A stretch of DNA of 31,273 nucleotides, from the IMG/VR virus record IMGVR_UViG_3300030333_007961, positions 1 to 31,273 of that record; one strand, 5' to 3'. Below are positions 25,275-31,273 of the stretch, piece by piece (the first letter of the stretch is position 1; each line of letters opens with the position of its first letter). The notes beneath the pieces were generated by a model. It saw nothing but the letters and a program-made list of their open reading frames with translations. It was not told the origin of the DNA and ran no database searches. The DNA comes from a virus. Taxonomy: Duplodnaviria; Caudoviricetes. The translations under genes were made by a program, and so were the position numbers.

Positions 25275-26119
25275 CTACTGATAGACCTAAAACAAGCAAT
25301 AGATTCTACAACGAAGAAAAACTTCCTAAACTTCTTACAGTCGAAGAGGAAAAAGATCTGGCTGAGTTAATTAAAAATTCAAGTGGATCTAAAAAGCAAG
25401 AAGCAAAAAATCTTTTTATAGCATCGAACTTGAGGCTGGTAATAAAAATTGCTAGGTCATACGAGAACTTGGGTCTAGATTTAGAAGATTTAATAAGTGA
25501 AGGCAATATAGGATTAGTTAGTGCAGTCGATAGGTTTGACCCAGAGAAAGGCGCTAAATTCTCTACCTACGCTGGCTTCTGGATAAGACAAAGAATAATG
25601 AGAGCTTTAAGCAATCATAGCTCTATTATAAGAATGCCTTGTTATCTTAAACAGCTATACCTGAATTACCTTAAATATTTGGAAGCTTATCAAGAAAAAC
25701 ATGATAAAAAACCTTCAATAAAAGAAATATCCAAGTTCTTAAATATCACAGAGAGAAAAGTCAAAGAGATGCTAGAAGCAGCCTCGTCTATAATATCTCT
25801 TGATTGTAAAATAAGCGAAGACAATGATGGAGACACTTACGCTGAAGTTATAAAAGATGAAAGAAGCGATGATCCTCTAAAATGCCTATCGACAAAAAAC
25901 ACCACTGAAGTTATAGACAGAGCCTTACAAGAGCTTGACCCAAGAGAGAGAAAGATAATCAGAAAGCGTTTTGGGCTAGATGGAGACAAGCCAAATACCT
26001 TGGAGGAAATAGGCGTTATGTTTTCCGTAACTAGAGAGAGGATAAGGCAAATAGAGCGAGTGGCTTTATTGAAGTTCAAAAAAGAATATTCTAAAACTGC
26101 TAATTTTTATTTGGACTAA
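25271..26119 (+). CDS. RNA polymerase sigma70-family factor (RpoD/RpoS-like, lacks region 1.1)
   Basis: NLRLV, DLISEGNIGL, FDPEKGAKFSTYA, TLEEIG, TRERIRQIE. Confidence 0.96.
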   Translation: MTTDRPKTSNRFYNEEKLPKLLTVEEEKDLAELIKNSSGSKKQEAKNLFIASNLRLVIKIARSYENLGLDLEDLISEGNIGLVSAVDRFDPEKGAKFSTYAGFWIRQRIMRALSNHSSIIRMPCYLKQLYLNYLKYLEAYQEKHDKKPSIKEISKFLNITERKVKEMLEAASSIISLDCKISEDNDGDTYAEVIKDERSDDPLKCLSTKNTTEVIDRALQELDPRERKIIRKRFGLDGDKPNTLEEIGVMFSVTRERIRQIERVALLKFKKEYSKTANFYLD

Positions 26120-26123
26120 AAAA

Positions 26124-26200
26124 GGGGAAGTAGCCCAATTGGCAGAGGCAATCGACTTAAAATCGATCAAGTGCGGGTTCGAGTCCCGCTTTCCCTACCA
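26124..26200 (+). tRNA. tRNA-Leu (UAA), short variable region
   Basis: GGGGAAG/TTTCCCT, ATCGA-CTTAAAA-TCGAT, 5-nt variable region CAAGT, GCGGG-TTCGAGT-CCCGC, encoded CCA. Confidence 0.93.
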
Positions 26201-26212
26201 TAAAGTTTTTCC

Positions 26213-26241
26213 TTGACGATAATTTATTTAGAAAATAATAT
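26213..26241 (+). promoter_or_regulatory. Sigma70-type promoter overlapped by an inverted repeat
   Basis: TTGACG-N17-TAATAT; GACGAT (26215)/ATCGTC (26240). Confidence 0.6.
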
Positions 26242-26251
26242 CGTCGCCCAT

Positions 26252-26683
26252 ATGAAAAAAGCTCTTTTAGTTGCTCTCTCTGTTTGTTTTTTTGGATGCG
26301 CCTCAAACAAATCCTCAATTCTTTTTGAAAACGGAATAAAAGTTTCCAAAAGAAGCGCAAGGACAAGCTGGATGAATCATTTAGGGGCCAACAACCCCAA
26401 ACTATACGCTGCGATTATCAAAGCGGTGATGCTTAGTGAAAAGTTTGATAGAGAGGTTTTCATTACAAAAATACAAGTTGGGGAGCAGTTCATATATAAG
26501 CTAGACAAAGAAAGTCAAGGGGCATATAACGTCATGTCTATCATATGGAAGACTAGGGAGATGAAGTTCGACCATTACAATACCTCAGACGGCCCAGCTA
26601 TGTCTTCATTTGTAGATGATCTTTATATTGAGCAAAAAGCTCAAAAATTGTACGACTCCCTTAAAATCGGGGAATTTAATTAA
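26252..26683 (+). CDS. Putative lipoprotein
   Basis: MKKALLVALSVCFFG-C lipobox-like signal; ATG at 26252. Confidence 0.7.
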   Translation: MKKALLVALSVCFFGCASNKSSILFENGIKVSKRSARTSWMNHLGANNPKLYAAIIKAVMLSEKFDREVFITKIQVGEQFIYKLDKESQGAYNVMSIIWKTREMKFDHYNTSDGPAMSSFVDDLYIEQKAQKLYDSLKIGEFN

Positions 26684-26684
26684 C

Positions 26685-27617
26685 ATGACAGAATACACCG
26701 CATATTATAATAATAAGCAGGTTAAAAAAGTCGTCTGCGATAATAGAGAGCAAGCCGTTAAAAAGGTCAAGAGGTGGTATTACGATAGAATCAGAAAAGG
26801 AAAAGGCGAATTCAAGGGCAAAGCCAGATTAGTGTTATCTGTTTCTGATCCGCAAACCGAAATTCGTTACGCTCCGTCTTTTGATACTATGGTAGATAAA
26901 AATAACTACCTACTTAAAAAAGATCTCAAAAGAATAATTTCTGAATCTAATGGGCATCTAAAGCTCATCGACAAAAAAGAACTAGACAAAAGGGCGAAAA
27001 AGGTGGGCCAAATAAAACAACTCGAATGGATTAAAAGGGACAGGACAGACGACATAGCTCGTCAAGTGGGCATAGTCCCTCACATCTTTACAAACAATAA
27101 AGGAACTTTATTTTATAGAGTTACAACTTCAACCCAAAAGACTATTGGGACAAAATGGAATAAGGGCAGCAGAAAGGGGGGCAAACCTATGCCTAGATGG
27201 GATGGAGACGGAAGAAGAGTTTGGACGAGCGAATCCTTAAAAGAAAAGCCAGCCTGTTTGGAAAGAGGCAAAAAGGTAACTGAGCACAGATCAAAACTAA
27301 TAGCCCTTAAAGCTAAATCCTTGAAAGGTGCGGTAGAAGAAATAAAGGAAAGAAAGCTCCACAAACAAGATGTTATAAAAAAATCTAAGCATAGAGTTAC
27401 AGAAATAGAGACGGCGTTAAATGCGGTTTTTAAACTTAATAAAATTATTAAATGGTTCTCTTTCAGAGGCTCAAAATCCGTTAAGTACATCTTTTGCCCG
27501 AATTGCATTAGCATAAACTATTACCCAAATAAAAACACTTTAGAGTACAACCCATCTTGGGTTCATGCATCAGATGAAGAAGCGATAATCAAAAAGTTCA
27601 GGTCTTTTCTAAGGTGA
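26685..27617 (+). CDS. Highly basic hypothetical protein (possible nucleic-acid binding)
   Basis: Lys/Arg-rich long ORF; ATG 26685 follows the upstream stop. Confidence 0.7.
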   Translation: MTEYTAYYNNKQVKKVVCDNREQAVKKVKRWYYDRIRKGKGEFKGKARLVLSVSDPQTEIRYAPSFDTMVDKNNYLLKKDLKRIISESNGHLKLIDKKELDKRAKKVGQIKQLEWIKRDRTDDIARQVGIVPHIFTNNKGTLFYRVTTSTQKTIGTKWNKGSRKGGKPMPRWDGDGRRVWTSESLKEKPACLERGKKVTEHRSKLIALKAKSLKGAVEEIKERKLHKQDVIKKSKHRVTEIETALNAVFKLNKIIKWFSFRGSKSVKYIFCPNCISINYYPNKNTLEYNPSWVHASDEEAIIKKFRSFLR

Positions 27618-27970
27618 TAAAAGGAGTAGTGGTAAGGGGCAACTCCAAAAATAAAAAATGGAGACTACTCCCAACAGCAAATATAGTTCAAAGTTCGCCA
27701 AGGCTTTCTGTAGGGTCTTATGCAGGAAAGTGTCATCTAAGTCAAAAAGAGCTTGGAATTTGCTTAATAACGGTATACGCTACTGCTCCTAACATAATAG
27801 AAGTCTATATAAGCGATTTTGATAAGGATATATACGGAAAAGAAATACGGCTATCTCAAATAAAAGAAATAAAATATAAAGATTTTAAAACGCTTACAGA
27901 TAAAGGCTTGAAATTAATTTTTAAAAGTTATGAGTCAGAAAGCAATAGTCGAGATAATGAAGGAGATTGA
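27614..27970 (+). CDS. Riboflavin kinase-like domain (divergent)
   Basis: KGVVVRG, PTANI, IEVYISDFDKDIYGKEI. Confidence 0.75.
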   Translation: MIKGVVVRGNSKNKKWRLLPTANIVQSSPRLSVGSYAGKCHLSQKELGICLITVYATAPNIIEVYISDFDKDIYGKEIRLSQIKEIKYKDFKTLTDKGLKLIFKSYESESNSRDNEGD

Positions 27971-28175
27971 TTCAGAGATAGCCTATCACAAAAAACTTCA
28001 CGAAAGCGATTCTTACTCAGAAAGAAAAATTGGATTCACAGGGTTAAAACTTTTATTAAAACTAAGAAAAAAATGCACAAGCATAATTAAAAAACACTAT
28101 GATCGAAGTAAAAGTAAAATCAAACGCATCAGGGACAGAAAGCGCAATGAGGGAACTCAGGAAAAAAGTGAGTAG
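27930..28175 (+). CDS. Hypothetical basic protein
   Basis: Operonic ORF overlapping neighbours. Confidence 0.5.
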   Translation: MSQKAIVEIMKEIDSEIAYHKKLHESDSYSERKIGFTGLKLLLKLRKKCTSIIKKHYDRSKSKIKRIRDRKRNEGTQEKSE

Positions 28176-28305
28176 AAACAAAGTCCTTCTTGAACTAAGA
28201 GACCGCCGCTTTTTTAAAAAGAAAAGCAGAGTAAATTACGAGAAAAAGAAAGCCGCCAAATACGCAGCTAAAATGCAAGCTGAAGAAGATAGGCGGTGGA
28301 GATGA
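28099..28305 (+). CDS. rpsU: Ribosomal protein bS21-like
   Basis: 68 aa, basic; V-x-V...ESAMRELRKKV...LLELRDRRFFKKKS. Confidence 0.8.
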   Translation: MIEVKVKSNASGTESAMRELRKKVSRNKVLLELRDRRFFKKKSRVNYEKKKAAKYAAKMQAEEDRRWR

Positions 28306-28838
28306 ATCTTTTAGAAAAAACTAGGACTTACTTAGTCGGCCATATGCAATATGCAGATGGTCAGGATTGGCGTAAGAAAGTTGAAGAGGAGCTTGAAAAA
28401 CTCAACATCATCACATTCAATCCTTACCGCAAACCATTCGTTAAAGATGTAGAGGAGGATGAATCGGCTCGCGCCAGAATGGCCGAGGATATGGAGAACG
28501 GTCACTACAGTGACGTAGTTGAAAGGATGAGCGTTGTTCGCAGTTATGATCTTAATTTAGTTGATAGATCTGATTTCATTATTGCTCACCTACTCCCAGA
28601 TGTTGCCAGTTGGGGAAGCGCAGAAGAACTTGTTACTGCGGTAAGAATGAAAAAACCCATTTTCATATCTATGGAAGGAGGCAAGAAAAATACTCCTTTA
28701 TGGATTATGGGGATGAAAATAGATAAGTATATTTATAATAACATAGACGAGGTTTTGGATATGATTAAAAAAATTGACTCTGGAGATAAGAAAATTGATA
28801 GTGATCGCTGGAGGCTACTAAGGAAAGAGCTAAGATGA
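28296..28838 (+). CDS. Nucleoside 2-deoxyribosyltransferase-like protein
   Basis: TYLVGHM, DWR, FNP, DLNLVDRSDFIIA, GSAEE, KKPI. Confidence 0.8.
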   Translation: MEMNLLEKTRTYLVGHMQYADGQDWRKKVEEELEKLNIITFNPYRKPFVKDVEEDESARARMAEDMENGHYSDVVERMSVVRSYDLNLVDRSDFIIAHLLPDVASWGSAEELVTAVRMKKPIFISMEGGKKNTPLWIMGMKIDKYIYNNIDEVLDMIKKIDSGDKKIDSDRWRLLRKELR

Positions 28839-29356
28839 AAGAAGACGTTTACGGACATTTGGAAGGAACAAAGTTTTGCGTAGAAATTTTTGGAAAACTA
28901 TACACACGCCCGATTGGGTTTAGAACGTGCTGGTTGTTAAAGGAAGAGGAATTCGAAGAAGGTAATGTAATAGATGAACTCATCACTCTTGCATTATCTG
29001 AGTATAGTAAGGTTCACAAGGTCACTACTGAAGATATAAATGAGGCTAATTTTAGTGAAATGTTTAACTGCGATATATATAAATGGCAGAAAGTTAAAAA
29101 AGAAGGTTTCAGTAGTCAGTTTTTTTTAACTTGGGAATGGGAACAACTTAAACCTGAAAAACGTTATTTTTACATAGAGAGTAAACACTTAGCAGACATA
29201 GGCGATCATAAGGAAGCTACGAGATCAGTTCGTGACCATCTTGACTACTGGTATCAAATGGCGGACGGAAGCGAAGATGGGCATGAAGAGCAGCGTAAAG
29301 AAATAGATAAAGCTTGGAAAGAATCATTTCCTTGGGAGGAAGATAAAAATGAGTGA
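28835..29356 (+). CDS. Hypothetical protein
   Basis: ATGA-coupled 173-aa ORF. Confidence 0.7.
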   Translation: MKEDVYGHLEGTKFCVEIFGKLYTRPIGFRTCWLLKEEEFEEGNVIDELITLALSEYSKVHKVTTEDINEANFSEMFNCDIYKWQKVKKEGFSSQFFLTWEWEQLKPEKRYFYIESKHLADIGDHKEATRSVRDHLDYWYQMADGSEDGHEEQRKEIDKAWKESFPWEEDKNE

Positions 29357-29510
29357 AGAAACACCGGATTTAACTTACTATCTCGACCAAGCAGAAAATT
29401 ATGGCTTGACTAATGAGGTTATTATTTCTGCAATTAAAATAGCTCAAGCAAACCCAGATTACCCACCGGAAGTTATCATGGACATGGCTTGCGACGACTG
29501 GGATATTTAA
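29349..29510 (+). CDS. Small acidic hypothetical protein (53 aa)
   Basis: MSEETPDLTYYLDQAENYGL...ACDDWDI, SD GGAGG. Not in the ORF track. Confidence 0.65.
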   Translation: MSEETPDLTYYLDQAENYGLTNEVIISAIKIAQANPDYPPEVIMDMACDDWDI

Positions 29511-29527
29511 AATTTGATATTTTTAAA

Positions 29528-30076
29528 ATGATATATTTAATCTATGGACAACCTGCTTCAGGTAAAACCACGTTAGGACAAATGCTCGCGGAGCATCTTG
29601 GAACCCCATTCGTTATTGATGGTGATGAGTTTAGGGAGATGTTCACTAACAAAAATTACGGGAGAATCGGGCGTGAAGAGAACATCAAAAACGCTAACGC
29701 TGTCGCCACTTATCTGAACAAAAAAGGCGAAAGGGACGATTGGTCAGCTATTTATTATAAAGGGCAAGACGGCAACTCGATCCAAGGTAGGCCAGTTAAG
29801 AAAAGCACTGATGTTGTAATGTGCCTTGTTAATCCCTATAAGCATTTAAGAGAAGAACTTACGAAAAATAATGCTGGACAAGTAGTAACGATCTTGCTAA
29901 CCTCCCAAAGACAGATGAGGCAAGAATATCAAGTTAGCGATTTTGAGAATGGAACTCCAAATATAGAGTTAGCCACAGATCAAGACCCAAATTCGACATT
30001 TCAGAACCTGCTCATTGGCCTACTAGCCATCTCAGAAAAGAATAAGCATCTTGATGGTTGCGGGTACGATGATTAA
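29528..30076 (+). CDS. cysC: Adenylylsulfate (APS) kinase-like P-loop protein
   Basis: IYGQPASGKTTL, IDGDEFRE, GREENIK, LVNPY...RE, FE; ATG at 29528. Confidence 0.72.
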   Translation: MIYLIYGQPASGKTTLGQMLAEHLGTPFVIDGDEFREMFTNKNYGRIGREENIKNANAVATYLNKKGERDDWSAIYYKGQDGNSIQGRPVKKSTDVVMCLVNPYKHLREELTKNNAGQVVTILLTSQRQMRQEYQVSDFENGTPNIELATDQDPNSTFQNLLIGLLAISEKNKHLDGCGYDD

Positions 30077-30088
30077 GAAAAAAAAGTA

Positions 30089-30117
30089 TTGACACTACAA
30101 TATCTTTTTGATAGGCT
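30089..30117 (+). promoter_or_regulatory. Sigma70 promoter
   Basis: A-tract, TTGACA-N17-TAGGCT with TG extension. Confidence 0.75.
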
Positions 30118-30126
30118 ACAAAAACG

Positions 30127-30531
30127 ATGAGAGCAGTAGAAGTTTACTACAATTTACATAAAAAGTGTCTTAGCGTGAGAGATCGCAAAACGGGCCTTGT
30201 CGTGAAACATACCCACGCTATAAGGATAGTTAGTAAGAAGGGTCATTATGGGCGTATAGACTTTAGTGTTAGCGAAAAGGGTAGGAAGAAAGTTTTAGAA
30301 ACCAGACGGAAGAACGTCCACGCAACCGTGCGCGGTTATGTTCACGATCTAGGTAAGGTTAAATCTTTAGAGGAGCGTAAAGCTAGGAAGCCTAAGACGC
30401 TTAGGCAGGTAACTTATAATCCTTATAAGTATGAATCCTTTGTAGACGTTAAAACAAAGGAACCCGTGCATTACGCAAGGGATGTCTTTATCGATGGACA
30501 GAAAGTGTACATCGTAAAAGAAGACAAATAG
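30127..30531 (+). CDS. Phage-type hypothetical protein
   Basis: VYYNLHK..SVR, RKNVHA, VTYNPYK pattern recalled from phage proteins. Confidence 0.7.
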   Translation: MRAVEVYYNLHKKCLSVRDRKTGLVVKHTHAIRIVSKKGHYGRIDFSVSEKGRKKVLETRRKNVHATVRGYVHDLGKVKSLEERKARKPKTLRQVTYNPYKYESFVDVKTKEPVHYARDVFIDGQKVYIVKEDK

Positions 30532-30547
30532 ATCTTTAAAATAATTT

Positions 30548-30738
30548 AGGGACTCGACGGAGACCCTAAGAGAGTGACCGAATAAGCTGTTGTCATAGCA
30601 GCTAAGGTGCAATGTTACGGACTAGGAGACCACCAATCTCTTGGGGGTCTGTAGGGTTGGCGCGAAGTAGGGACAGACTTGAACTATCTTGGCTGTGACC
30701 CTGAAATCGTTGGAGGCAAACAAGAACTCCTCCCTCTC
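30548..30738 (+). ncRNA. Structured ncRNA, possibly manA-like
   Basis: Five helices with G-U pairs favouring the plus strand; GAGUGACCGAAUAA...UAAGGUG resembles my recollection of the manA RNA motif. Confidence 0.65.
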
Positions 30739-30757
30739 ATTAAATTTCATAGGGAAA

Positions 30758-31111
30758 ATGATTAAAGAATATTGTGATAAATGTGACTGTGAAGTCACCA
30801 CTAAAAACTGCTCAATCACCATGCACTGTATAGCATGGGATGAGCCTTACGCTGGGCTTTTCGCTCACCGTAGGTGCATTAGATGCTCTCCTTCAAGAGC
30901 GCAGCATATTGTTCATCCTGACTTTGAGCCAGTAGTGGACGATAGACCCCAGTTTGACAAACGTAACTCAGAGGTTTTTCCTACCGAGGAAAAAGTAAAA
31001 GAGTTCGAGAAGCGTTGGACTGCTGCGTGGCTTATTTGTCAGCATCCAGAGGTTGCAGACGCACAAATGGCAAAGCTCTCTGCTTTATGGAAGTCTCCTG
31101 ACGAGAGATGA
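30758..31111 (+). CDS. Cys-rich (zinc-binding) hypothetical protein
   Basis: CDKC, HC, CIRC; ATG 30758 downstream of the RNA element. Confidence 0.7.
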   Translation: MIKEYCDKCDCEVTTKNCSITMHCIAWDEPYAGLFAHRRCIRCSPSRAQHIVHPDFEPVVDDRPQFDKRNSEVFPTEEKVKEFEKRWTAAWLICQHPEVADAQMAKLSALWKSPDER

Positions 31112-31273
31112 AAGATTTAGCTCCTGACATTTGCCGCCAAAGAATAGTTATTGAAGGCACTCTTCATAACCCTTTCAAGCCTGAAGATATGGATAGGTAT
31201 TGTCGTGAAATGACTAAAGTCCTAAACATGACTGAAGCAACTGCTCCTTTCTGCAACTATGATCCCGATTATG
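31108..31273 (+). CDS. Possible S-adenosylmethionine decarboxylase-like protein (partial)
   Basis: MKDLAPDICRQRIVIEG...YCREMTKVLNMT resembles N-termini of SpeD-like proteins; the catalytic ES motif would lie outside the window. Confidence 0.5.
   Translation, partial: MKDLAPDICRQRIVIEGTLHNPFKPEDMDRYCREMTKVLNMTEATAPFCNYDPDY

Noticed and set aside
1426-27514. Many short antisense or nested ORFs (e.g. 6342-6719, 12599-12895, 15107-15430, 20159-20521, 27113-27514)
   Set aside because: Shadow frames of better-supported genes.
30549-30560. tmRNA suggested by GGACTCGACGG
   Set aside because: No GGGG acceptor 5' end and no T-arm/CCA 3' end nearby.
30689-30757. N-terminal extension of ORF 30689-31111
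   Set aside because: TTG start inside the structured RNA; ATG 30758 with an upstream AGGG is more plausible.
1-31273. Stop-codon reassignment
   Set aside because: Conserved genes are full length under the standard code and TAA, TAG and TGA all end genes; no suppressor tRNA is seen.

Overview
AT-rich, very gene-dense window that most likely comes from a large dsDNA phage. This is an inference from the many short hypothetical ORFs, a holin-like gene, an HNH nuclease, scattered tRNAs, a solitary bS21 and a solitary sigma70 factor, with no bacterial housekeeping operons. Left part, mostly minus strand: an operon of seven glycosyltransferase-like genes, signal peptidase I, nrdAB whose R2 lacks the radical tyrosine (class Ic-like), a GT4, a dNMP kinase and a sulfotransferase-like gene bracketed by 29-bp direct repeats. 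Right part, plus strand: AcpS and ACP, UDP-glucose dehydrogenase, dUTPase and a degenerate dUTPase-like gene, a cytidylyltransferase, a secreted serine protease, a tiny Cys-rich lipoprotein, prolyl 4-hydroxylase, phosphomannomutase, dCMP deaminase, sigma factor, bS21, an APS-kinase-like gene and three tRNAs (Arg-UCU, Val-UAC, Leu-UAA). The most notable non-coding signals are a ~310-nt structured RNA candidate at 14375-14685, a second structured RNA at ~30548-30738 (manA-like from memory), and a recurrent GTGTAA motif exactly 8 nt before ATG, suggesting a phage promoter that makes leaderless mRNAs. All calls come from motif reading by eye; no searches or folding programs were run.
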